A stretch of DNA of 61,727 nt, filler included, from Actinomycetota bacterium (lineage in GTDB: Bacteria > Actinomycetota > CADDZG01 > JAHWKV01 > JAOPZY01): NCBI GenBank assembly GCA_025963875.1. It is 6 parts of 6 records of this genome, joined end to end, with 100 filler letters (N's around TTAATTAATTAA, not from the genome) between each part and the next. Parts side by side here need not be neighbours in the genome. Positions count along the whole stretch, not along the records: positions 34,778 to 43,064 come from JAOPZY010000076.1; positions 43,165 to 54,911 come from JAOPZY010000078.1; 4 more parts are not named here. The stretch is one strand, 5' to 3'. The notes under the pieces were generated by a model. The model did no database searches. It was not told where the DNA came from and worked only from the letters and a program-made list of their open reading frames with translations. Within the stretch, counting starts at the first letter, position 1; each line of letters begins with the position of its first letter. A program made the position numbers and the translations under genes. Of the stretch, positions 39,820 through 47,858 are shown in pieces.

Positions 39820-40995
39820 ATGGGCGAAGCGCTCGTAGCGGTCCGGCTGCCATTCGACGCTGCCTTCACGACCACCATCGACGCCGCGTGGGAGGCGGGC
39901 GACGCGGTCCTGCCGATCCATCCAGACCTTCCCGATCCCGAGGTGGAGGCACTGCTCGCCGCCCTGCGTCCCGGCTTCCTCGTCGACGCATCCGGGATCC
40001 ACCGGCTCCCCGGCGCCGAGGCCGTGGAGCCCGGCACCGCCCTCGTCGTGCCGACGTCGGGGAGCACCGGCAGGCCCAAGGGGGTCGTGCTCACCCACGA
40101 CAACCTCTCGGCCTCGGCCCTCGCCACCGCCACGCGGCTGGAGCTCGGGGAGGGGGACAGGTGGCTGTGCTGCGTTCCCCCGAGCCACATCGCGGGCCTC
40201 ATGGTCCTGGTCCGGGCACGCCTCACCGGCGCCGACGCCGTCCTGCATCCCCGCTTCGACCCGGCGGCGATCGCCGGCGAGGAGTCCACCAACGTCGTCT
40301 CCCTCGTCCCGACGATGCTGCGCCGTCTGCTGGAGGCGGGGGTCGACGTCGCCAGGTTCCGGTGGATCCTGCTCGGTGGCGGTCCCGTGCCGGCGGCCCT
40401 CGTGGTTGCCGCCACCGAGGCCGGGGCTCGGGTGGTCGCCACCTACGGGATGACCGAGACCTGCGGCGGGGTCGTGTACGACGGGGTCCCCCTGCCGGGT
40501 GTGCGGGTCGCCGTCGGGGAGGACGGGTCGATCGCCCTGTCGGGGCCGATGGTGATGAGTGGCTACCGGCTTCGTCCCGACGAGACCGCGGCGGTGCTCC
40601 GTGACGGCTGGTTCCACACATCCGACGCCGGCGAGGTCGATCCCTCGGGGCGGCTGCGCGTCCTGGGGCGCCGCGACGACCTCATCATCACCGGCGGCCA
40701 GAAGGTCCTCCCCGCCGAGGTGGCCAGCCTGCTGATGGAGCATCCGGATGTTGCGGATGCGGCGGTCGCGGGGCGCCCCGACGACCAGTGGGGGCAGGCG
40801 GTTGCGGCGGTCGTCGTGCCGGCCCCAGGTTCCGTGCCCACGCCGGCGGCGTTGCGGGCCTTCGTCGCCGAGCGGCTGGCCCCGTACAAGGCCCCCCGCT
40901 ATCTCGTGATCGTTGAGGAGCTGCCGAGGGGGCCGACCGGCAAACCGGTGGGTCTCGATGCGCTGGTGGCAGGGCCCTCCGCCGTCAGCTCGTAG
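39820..40995 (+). CDS. menE: o-Succinylbenzoate--CoA ligase
   Basis: TSGSTGRPKG, SLVPTML, TYGMTET, GRRDDLIITGG. Divergent from menB. Confidence 0.88.
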   Translation: MGEALVAVRLPFDAAFTTTIDAAWEAGDAVLPIHPDLPDPEVEALLAALRPGFLVDASGIHRLPGAEAVEPGTALVVPTSGSTGRPKGVVLTHDNLSASALATATRLELGEGDRWLCCVPPSHIAGLMVLVRARLTGADAVLHPRFDPAAIAGEESTNVVSLVPTMLRRLLEAGVDVARFRWILLGGGPVPAALVVAATEAGARVVATYGMTETCGGVVYDGVPLPGVRVAVGEDGSIALSGPMVMSGYRLRPDETAAVLRDGWFHTSDAGEVDPSGRLRVLGRRDDLIITGGQKVLPAEVASLLMEHPDVADAAVAGRPDDQWGQAVAAVVVPAPGSVPTPAALRAFVAERLAPYKAPRYLVIVEELPRGPTGKPVGLDALVAGPSAVSS

Positions 40996-41704
40996 GAGCC
41001 GGGGGTACCAGCTGGGTGGGGTCCGCAGCGTTGTACCTGGTCCGGAAGAAGCCCCGGACCGGGTCCGAGATGCCGACGTTGTGCGTGATCGAAGTCCTCT
41101 GGGGGGGATGGCTGATGTCGAGGGAGAGGCTGCAGTTGTCGGCGGCGGAGGGATCGGTGTTGGGGTCGTACAGCCGGATCGTGAGCGTGGGCCACTCGAC
41201 GTCGTAGGCGTAGGCGAGGACCTGGTGGCACCTGCCGAGGTCCTTCGGGTTGATGGATTGCACGGTCACGAGGCCCAGGGGGCTCGGGTGGCCGGCGTCG
41301 ATGTCGTCCCGGATCTGCGGCCACTCCTCGTTGATCGTGTGCCAGGCGATGCCATGGCGGGTGAGAGCGAGGAGTGACTGGTCGGCGTCCGGCATGTTCA
41401 TCCAGTTGTAGTACTTCACCACCCCGCCCGGGAGGTCGAAGCTGTCGAAGAGCCGGCGGACGATGTAGGCGTAGAGCGGGGTCCCCGCCGCCGGTTGGGG
41501 GGTTGCCGGCATCGGGATCTTCGCCTCGTAGAAGTCCCGGACCGTGTAGACCATGCCGCCGCAGAGGCCGTTGCTGGCGTCGCCGATCTTCACCTTCCCT
41601 GCTACGGGGAGGTTGATGACCACGTCGGGTTGCGCCGGCCAGTTGTTGACGAACCCAAGCGCGTCCCGGCTGGCGACGAAGTTCGGAACTGCGTTCCCGG
41701 CCAA
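40985..41704 (-). CDS. Hypothetical protein with a papain-like Cys/His/Asp-Asn arrangement
   Basis: GGAGG RBS before TTG. Motifs GLCGGM, HQVLAY, LYDPN. Confidence 0.7.
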   Translation of the reverse strand: MAGNAVPNFVASRDALGFVNNWPAQPDVVINLPVAGKVKIGDASNGLCGGMVYTVRDFYEAKIPMPATPQPAAGTPLYAYIVRRLFDSFDLPGGVVKYYNWMNMPDADQSLLALTRHGIAWHTINEEWPQIRDDIDAGHPSPLGLVTVQSINPKDLGRCHQVLAYAYDVEWPTLTIRLYDPNTDPSAADNCSLSLDISHPPQRTSITHNVGISDPVRGFFRTRYNAADPTQLVPPAPTS

Positions 41705-41764
41705 GGTTGCTCCTCCAGACTCGGATCCAGACTCGCCGACATGATCATGAGATGCTACGGCGCT

Positions 41765-42256
41765 ATGACCCCACCAAAAAGAGCGGCAAGCTCGTTCGGC
41801 GGACGTAAGGCCTCCCCCGGAAAGAACCCACCCAAGCGTGCGAACGACCATGCCAAGCCGGCGGCCTCCTCGTTCATCGACGCCCTTGCCGATCTGCTGC
41901 GCTCCCGCAACATCGAGATCCCGGCGGGCCTGCTGGAGGCGCCGCCCGAGGCGTACGCCGGCCAGAGCGAAGCCGTCGTCCAGGCCATGGCCCGGCTCAA
42001 GGACGAGGATCTGGTGGAACGTGCAGGCAAGGTGGCCGGCTGGGGGAAGCGCCAGGCCGAGCGGGCCGAACAGGCCTGGGAGTCCTCACCGCTGATCGTA
42101 GAGCTCCGGCGCCGCGGACTGGCCGAGCCGGCCCGGCCAACCCGGGTGGTAGGGGCCTCGTTCTCGCTCAAGATACCCCTGGCCGACTGGACCGACGAGG
42201 AGCTCAAGGAGGCCGTCGCCACGTGGGCCCGCCTGGGTTCAGGGGGGCGCATTTAG
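41765..42256 (+). CDS. Hypothetical protein
   Basis: 163-aa ORF with GC3-biased codons, a basic N-terminus and a helical body. Confidence 0.65.
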   Translation: MTPPKRAASSFGGRKASPGKNPPKRANDHAKPAASSFIDALADLLRSRNIEIPAGLLEAPPEAYAGQSEAVVQAMARLKDEDLVERAGKVAGWGKRQAERAEQAWESSPLIVELRRRGLAEPARPTRVVGASFSLKIPLADWTDEELKEAVATWARLGSGGRI

Positions 42257-42651
42257 GGCGCAGGCTGCTTATCGTCCCGGCTGGGGCCTGGCTGCTCTCG
42301 CATGACCACGCACCCGAGGTACTCGAGGGGCCGGTATCGAAAAAAGGCTATGTACATGGCGCCATCGAAGTCGGTGGTGATCATGGTCACGGGTTCGGGG
42401 CCGAGCTCCGACAACCGCAGGAACACCTCGCTGTCTCCGGTGAAGCTCAACCCGTTGCCCCGGGCGATGCTGTACTTCAACTCCAGGGTCCCCCGCAACC
42501 GCCCAGCCGGTTCGGCGGGCATCGGGTAGCTCGATGCGGAGTCCTGTTCGAAGGCCTCAATGCATCGCGACGAGTCGGCGTCCGTCGAGGCCCGGATGGC
42601 AGCCAAGGCCTCGGACCGCGGCAACTGGGGGAGCGTCAACGGGGTGACCAC
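42253..42651 (-). CDS. Candidate immunity protein
   Basis: Small ORF overlapping the stop codon of the toxin-like gene (GTG 42651, or TTGA at 42639). Confidence 0.55.
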   Translation of the reverse strand: MVTPLTLPQLPRSEALAAIRASTDADSSRCIEAFEQDSASSYPMPAEPAGRLRGTLELKYSIARGNGLSFTGDSEVFLRLSELGPEPVTMITTDFDGAMYIAFFRYRPLEYLGCVVMREQPGPSRDDKQPAP

Positions 42652-43064
42652 GGCCAGGGGGCACGCAGGACCGTAAGCCCCTCGACCCGTCCCTGGACAA
42701 GGATCTCGCTTTCGTGAAATCTGTCCGGCGAAGACAGGACGTTGACGCCCCGAGCTTGGAGATCCTCCACGGTTGTGTGCAGGATCACCCCGTTCTTGCC
42801 CGCGAACTGCTGGGCGATGGATGAATCCGTCGACCACGACGTCAAGGCGGTGTCGCTGGTGGCGCCCAAATTGTGAGCGACGACGTTGATGTGGCCGAAC
42901 TCGCTCCCCGGAAGCGCGATGCCCTGTGCCGCAGCGTCGTAGGCATGGTGTCCCTGCGCCACTCCCCGCCAGATCGGTGTTGCCGTCGAGGGCTCCGGCA
43001 CCCCGGTGGGCGCGGGCCGCGGCGCCCCTCCGGTGTTCACCTCGCGTGCGCCGGCAAGCTTCGC
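42636..43064 (-). CDS. C-terminal ADP-ribosyltransferase-like polymorphic toxin domain (5'-partial)
   Basis: R-S-E signature: IWRG, TSWSTD, HESEILV. Frame open to the contig end. Confidence 0.7.
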   Translation of the reverse strand, partial: AKLAGAREVNTGGAPRPAPTGVPEPSTATPIWRGVAQGHHAYDAAAQGIALPGSEFGHINVVAHNLGATSDTALTSWSTDSSIAQQFAGKNGVILHTTVEDLQARGVNVLSSPDRFHESEILVQGRVEGLTVLRAPWPWSPR

Positions 43065-43164
43065 NNNNNNNNNNNNNNNNNNNNNNNNNNNNNNNNNNNN
43101 NNNNNNNNTTAATTAATTAANNNNNNNNNNNNNNNNNNNNNNNNNNNNNNNNNNNNNNNNNNNN
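43065..43164. other. Artificial contig linker
   Basis: N-TTAATTAATTAA-N. Confidence 0.99.
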
Positions 43165-43180
43165 CGCCGAACGGTTCGGG

Positions 43181-43203
43181 GGCGGAAGGGTCACCCTTCC
43201 GCC
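43181..43203. repeat. Perfect 10-bp hairpin
   Basis: GGCGGAAGGG-TCA-CCCTTCCGCC, followed by ...CACCCCT. Confidence 0.85.
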
Positions 43204-43295
43204 ATCCGCACCCCTGCCGGGTCACCGGCGATCGGCGAGGAACCGCTTATCGGCGTCCTCTCCAGGAGGGCAAAGGTAAGTGGTCAGGGCATTAG

Positions 43296-43321
43296 CGTGG
43301 GGAGGGCAAGCCCTCCCCACG
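43296..43321. repeat. Perfect 12-bp hairpin (candidate element end/origin)
   Basis: CGTGGGGAGGGC-AA-GCCCTCCCCACG, preceded by TTAG and followed by GACCCCT. Confidence 0.85.
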
Positions 43322-43447
43322 GACCCCTCCCAGTCCCGTTGCGGGATCGTCTGTCGGGCCGGACAAGCCGGCCCTCGCGGGGACTCGGGGTAATCCCGCG
43401 GTCATAGGATCCTGCCTCCAGCCGGTCGCGAGGAGGGGAGGACCACT

Positions 43448-45067
43448 GTGGGTGCGATCTCGATCAACGATGTCCTTGAGGGCCACGTGGCCATGGAGCT
43501 GTCCTGCGTCGACCCCCTGTACCTGAACGCCTACGTCCCCAACCTGCAGGTGGGCGGCCAGGTCGTGCAGTTCCTGGTGAGCCACCGGGGCAATCCCGTC
43601 CCCTCCCCGGCGCTGTTCGAGCAGAACGGCAACCGCTTCCGCAAGGCGGTCAAGGACTTCGCGGCGCAGTGGGAGATCCCGGTTCTCAGGTTGAAGAAGC
43701 CGGACCGGTCCCGCTTCGACGACCGCAAGCTGGACCACGTGATGCCCTACTTGGAGGCGGCGCAGCGCAAGAGCCGCTTCGGGGTGGTGGCGATCGTGGC
43801 GGCCCAGGAGATGCAATGGGTCTTCGGGGCCAAGAACCGCCCCGACAAGGCGGGAACGGGGGCGGTGTGGTTCGAGTTCGTGAAGGAGGAGCGCAGGATC
43901 GGCGTGTGGTACTTCTACCTGCTGGACGCCGAGTTCGGGCCCGCCTTCATCAAGATCTGCTCCTACTTCCCCTACCCGGCCAAGGTTTGGTGCAACGGCC
44001 ATGAGTGGGCCAAGCGCCAGGCCGCCAAGGCGGGGATCGTATTCACCGCCCTGGCCAACGGATTTGCCTCCTGCGACGATCCCGCGGGCCTGCAGGCGAT
44101 CTGCGACTCCTTCGGCCCCGGCGACATCCAGGCGTTCTTCGACCACTGGTCGGGTGTCATCCCCACGCCTTTCACGCCGGCGGACCGGGCGGCCGGCTAC
44201 TGGTGGGAGCTGTCCATGCGTCAGGTGGAGGTCTCTCAGACCCTCGTTTTTGACGACCCCCGCCGCGCCCGGTCGTTCTTCGAGGCCCTGGTGGCCGACA
44301 ACGTGGGCATCGGCCGCCCCGAGTCCGTGTCGATGATCTTCGGCCGGCAGGTGCGCAAGACGACCACCGAGCCCTTCGTGGGGCGGATCTTCTGCCCGGG
44401 CACCGAGGTGCACATGGACTTCTCTTACAAGCACAGCCGGGTCAAGCAGTACTTGAAGGAAGGGAGGGCGCTGCGTACCGAGACCGTGATCAACAAGCCC
44501 TGGGACCTCAACATCCTGGCCCGCATCGAGCACCTGCCCGAGCTGGTTGACAAGGCCCGCCAGGTCAACGCCCGTCTGCTTATGATCGAACGTGCCGGCC
44601 AGGGCTGTGCCATCGGCTCTGCACTCTTTGAGCGCATCCACCAGCCCTACGTACGGGAGGGCCAACGAACCGGGGCCTTTCGCTTCGGGGACCCACGCGC
44701 CATGGCCCTGGCCGGCGCCCTGTGCCTGATGGTCCACGCCGTCACTGGCTTCACCAACAAGAGCCTTCGCGGGCGGGTTGCCGGACTCCTCGGTGCGGAC
44801 TACAGCGCCAACCAGATGAGCTACGACCTCCGCCGCCTGAAGCTCCACGGTCTCATTGAGCGACTTCCCGGAACCAACACCTACACGACTACCGCCGACG
44901 GGATCCGGGTGGCCGTCTTCTTCACCAAGCTCCAGCATCGGCTCCTGGCCCCATTGCTGGCAGCCGACCGCCCACCCGCATCTCCCGAGCTTCGCTGCGC
45001 TTTGGCCACCATCGACAAGCAGGTCAAGGAGTACGTCGCCAACGCGCGTCTGGGCAAGGCAGCTTGA
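43448..45067 (+). CDS. Uncharacterised protein with Rep_trans/CRI-like motifs and a C-terminal winged HTH (putative transposase/replicase)
   Basis: GGAGGGGAGG RBS before GTG. CVDPLYLN, LSMRQVEVS, YKHSRVKQYLKEGRALRTETVIN, and wHTH QMSYDLRRLKLHGLIERLPGTNTY. Confidence 0.8.
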   Translation: MGAISINDVLEGHVAMELSCVDPLYLNAYVPNLQVGGQVVQFLVSHRGNPVPSPALFEQNGNRFRKAVKDFAAQWEIPVLRLKKPDRSRFDDRKLDHVMPYLEAAQRKSRFGVVAIVAAQEMQWVFGAKNRPDKAGTGAVWFEFVKEERRIGVWYFYLLDAEFGPAFIKICSYFPYPAKVWCNGHEWAKRQAAKAGIVFTALANGFASCDDPAGLQAICDSFGPGDIQAFFDHWSGVIPTPFTPADRAAGYWWELSMRQVEVSQTLVFDDPRRARSFFEALVADNVGIGRPESVSMIFGRQVRKTTTEPFVGRIFCPGTEVHMDFSYKHSRVKQYLKEGRALRTETVINKPWDLNILARIEHLPELVDKARQVNARLLMIERAGQGCAIGSALFERIHQPYVREGQRTGAFRFGDPRAMALAGALCLMVHAVTGFTNKSLRGRVAGLLGADYSANQMSYDLRRLKLHGLIERLPGTNTYTTTADGIRVAVFFTKLQHRLLAPLLAADRPPASPELRCALATIDKQVKEYVANARLGKAA

Positions 45068-45116
45068 CGAACTTGTCACAACGTCAAGAGTCTTCAACAC
45101 CAAGTGGGTCTAGGTT

Positions 45117-46166
45117 TCACGCCTGGGCAAGGACGGCGGTGAGGTCCACCGACGGCGGGCGCTCGAGCTGGGCGAAGGTGCAGGAGGCCGGGTCGCGGTC
45201 GGGCCTCCAGCGCCGGAAGTGCGTGACGTGGCGGAAGCGCTGGCCCTCCATGTAATCGTAGGCCACCTCGACGACCAGCTCCGGGCGGAGTGGCTCCCAG
45301 GACTGATCCTTGCCGTGGCTCCAGCGTGACGGCTCGCCGGGCAGCCGCTCGAACTCACCCTCCGGCGCCCACGGGTGGGAATCGCCCGGGTGCAGGCGGT
45401 ACGGGGCGAGCTCGTCGGTCAGGCGCTTGCGCTCGGCGGCCGCGAACGACGCCGCGACGCCCACCGGCCACAGCCCTCCGCCCTCGTCGTAGAGGCCGAG
45501 CATGAGCGAGCCCACGCCGTCGCCCGCCTTGTGCCAGCGGAACCCGGCGACCACGCAGTCGGCCGTGCGCTCGTGCTTGATCTTGAACATCACCCGGCGA
45601 TCCTCGACGTAGCGGATCTCGGGCGGCTTGGCGATCACCCCGTCGAGGCCCGCCCCTTCGAAGAGGTGGAACCACTCCCGGGCCGTGTCGATCGAGTCGG
45701 TGACCGGTGCCAGGTAGACGGGCGGCTTGACCCCCCTCAAAGCGTCCTGGAGCACCGCTCGCCGCTCGGAGAAGGGCTCGTCCATGAGGGAGCGGTCGCC
45801 GAGGGCGAGCAGGTCGAAGGCGACGAAAGCGGCAGGGGTCTCGGCGGCGAGCAGCTTGATCCTGGAGGCGGCGGGATGGATCCGTTGCTGGAGGGCGTCG
45901 AACTCCAGCCGGCCCTCCAGCACGAGGATGATCTCGCCGTCGACGACGCAGCGCTCCGGGAGCTCCCGCTTCACCGCCTCGACGATGTCGGGGAAGTAGC
46001 GGGTGAGCGGGCGCTCGTTGCGGCTTCCCAGCTCGACCTCGTCGCCGTCGCGGAACACCAGGGCGCGGAAGCCGTCGAACTTCGGTTCGTAGAAGGCGCC
46101 GGGAGGGATGTCGGCCACGAGCTTGGCGAGCATCGGCTTGACGGGGGGCCTGACGGGCAGGTTCAC
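45117..46166 (-). CDS. ligC: ATP-dependent DNA ligase LigC
   Basis: PMLAK, YEPKFDGFR, DGEI, AFDLL, DGVIAK, KIKHERTADCVV, RWRPDR. Confidence 0.93.
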   Translation of the reverse strand: MNLPVRPPVKPMLAKLVADIPPGAFYEPKFDGFRALVFRDGDEVELGSRNERPLTRYFPDIVEAVKRELPERCVVDGEIILVLEGRLEFDALQQRIHPAASRIKLLAAETPAAFVAFDLLALGDRSLMDEPFSERRAVLQDALRGVKPPVYLAPVTDSIDTAREWFHLFEGAGLDGVIAKPPEIRYVEDRRVMFKIKHERTADCVVAGFRWHKAGDGVGSLMLGLYDEGGGLWPVGVAASFAAAERKRLTDELAPYRLHPGDSHPWAPEGEFERLPGEPSRWSHGKDQSWEPLRPELVVEVAYDYMEGQRFRHVTHFRRWRPDRDPASCTFAQLERPPSVDLTAVLAQA

Positions 46167-46187
46167 CTGCCGAGTATGGCCTGCCGG

Positions 46188-46853
46188 TCAGGCTCCCGTG
46201 ACGGGACTGGAAGGGCCGGCAGGGCCGGGCTGGCCTCTCCCGCCGATGACGATCCTCGTCGCGGTGTAGGTGCCGTCGGCGTTCTGCGGCCCGGTGACCG
46301 TCACCGCCTCGCTCGGGACCAGATCGCTCAAGGCGCCCGCCACGGTCTTCGTCACGACGGTGGAGGCCGAGGTGACGATGGTGACGGCGGAGCCCTGCGC
46401 CGTCGTCACGACCACGCCGGCGCCGTTGACCGCTTTCACCGTCCCTGCGGTACCCGCGCGGCCGCCGCCGAAGCCGCCGCGGTTTCCAGTGGCGCCGATG
46501 ACGACGGTGGAAGCCGCGTAGCTCCCGTCAGGGTTGACGGGGCCGCTCACGACGACGGTGACATCCGGGACGATGTCGCTCACGGTGCCCGTGACCGTCT
46601 TGGTGACCGCCGTGGACCCCGACGTCTGGACCTTGACCGGGCCGCCCTGCCGGGTGGCGAGGACGAGGGTCGCGCCGTCGAAGCTCGTCACGGTCCCGGC
46701 AAGGCCTCCCCTGCGGAATCCGCCGGGGGAAGCGGCGGCGCTGGGCTGTGCCGTGGGGGAGGAGGTCGAGGTCGTCGTCGAGACCTTCGGGGCACCGGAG
46801 CAGGCCACGGCGAGGACCAGCACAAGCAGGGGGGTCAACCGGTTGACAGACAC
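46188..46853 (-). CDS. Lipoprotein with repeated OB-like (DUF5666-like) domains
   Basis: Lipobox AVAC. Two repeats of GTV...TAVTKTV.G..SD..P...V.V.G..N.DG.Y.A. Confidence 0.7.
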   Translation of the reverse strand: MSVNRLTPLLVLVLAVACSGAPKVSTTTSTSSPTAQPSAAASPGGFRRGGLAGTVTSFDGATLVLATRQGGPVKVQTSGSTAVTKTVTGTVSDIVPDVTVVVSGPVNPDGSYAASTVVIGATGNRGGFGGGRAGTAGTVKAVNGAGVVVTTAQGSAVTIVTSASTVVTKTVAGALSDLVPSEAVTVTGPQNADGTYTATRIVIGGRGQPGPAGPSSPVTGA

Positions 46854-46946
46854 CGGCCGAGTATCCGCCGCCTTCCTGGCAGCAGGCTGGCCGTCACTTG
46901 GGAGAGCCGTAAAGGACCGGAAATCTGGGGACGGTAGATTGAGCCT

Positions 46947-47804
46947 GTGGACGAACTCCCGCTCAACGGCATCCTGGTGGCCGTGCCCGCCACCCGGCGT
47001 GCCGCCGAGACCGAGGCCCTCATCCGGCGATGGGGCGGCGCCTCCCTCGTCGGACCCCTGCTCGAAGAGGTCCCCGTCGAGGACGAGGCGCCGCTGCGGT
47101 CGGCCACCGAGGAGGTTCTCAGCGCCCCGGCGACGTGGTCGGTCCATCTCACCGGTGTCGGTACCCGGCGGTGGTTCGCCAAGGCTGCCGAGTGGGGCAT
47201 GCGGGAGCGATTGCTCGGCGTGCTGAGCGCCGGCCACGTCATCGCCCGAGGACCGAAGTCGACGGCGGCGCTGGCCGAGAACGGCCTCAAACCCGAATGG
47301 ACACCTCCGGGCGAAACCTCAGCCGAGATGGCGGCGTGGCTGGCCCCGCAGCTCGGGCCAGCGGACACGGTGTCACTCCAGCTCTACGGGGAGCCGCTCC
47401 CCAGCCTGACCCTGACGCTGTCGGCCACGGGGGCCAGGGTGCTGGAGGTCGCCCCCTACCGCTGGGCCCTGCCGCTGGAGGCGGGACCGCGGGAGGCGGC
47501 CGAGGGTGTGGTGCGCTCCATCGCCGCCGCCGAGGTCCAGGCCATCGTCGTGACGAGCGCCGTGCAGGCAACGAACCTGTTCTCGGTGGCCAGGGACCTC
47601 GGCGTCGAGGACGACCTGCGCCGCTCCCTGACCGAGCGCATCTTCACGGCCACGGTGGGCGAGGTGTCGAAAGGGGGCCTGGAGCGGGAAGGCGTCCCGG
47701 TCGACTTCGTCTCGTCCCCCGCCCGCCTCGGCGCCCTGATCCGGGGCCTGGCAGCCTCATCGGAGGCGATCCGGGCGAAGTCGGGCCTTCCGAAGGGAGC
47801 TTAG
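46947..47804 (+). CDS. hemD: Uroporphyrinogen-III synthase-like protein
   Basis: VPATRRA, LTGVG, ARGPKST, LQLYG, APYRW, TSAVQA. Confidence 0.8.
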   Translation: MDELPLNGILVAVPATRRAAETEALIRRWGGASLVGPLLEEVPVEDEAPLRSATEEVLSAPATWSVHLTGVGTRRWFAKAAEWGMRERLLGVLSAGHVIARGPKSTAALAENGLKPEWTPPGETSAEMAAWLAPQLGPADTVSLQLYGEPLPSLTLTLSATGARVLEVAPYRWALPLEAGPREAAEGVVRSIAAAEVQAIVVTSAVQATNLFSVARDLGVEDDLRRSLTERIFTATVGEVSKGGLEREGVPVDFVSSPARLGALIRGLAASSEAIRAKSGLPKGA

Positions 47805-47858
47805 GAGCCGATCGCGCGTCTGCGCGCGAACAGCGACCAACCTCGGCCGTACGAAGGG

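Larger units (their letters stand above)
43293..45113 (+). mobile_element. Putative unclassified mobile element (single Rep-like ORF, hairpin ends)
   Basis: Orphan 539-aa gene flanked by strong hairpins, with TAG at both inferred borders. It sits 3 bp beyond the ligC stop and near a contig break. Boundaries are inferred. Confidence 0.5.

Noticed and set aside
35425..40995. Absence of menF/menH/menG from the men cluster
   Set aside because: These genes are often located elsewhere, and the contig is short, so absence here is uninformative.
43292..45103. 603-aa antisense ORF spanning the putative element almost exactly
   Set aside because: Stop-free antisense frames mirror most GC-rich genes in this window, and it has no recognisable motifs or RBS.
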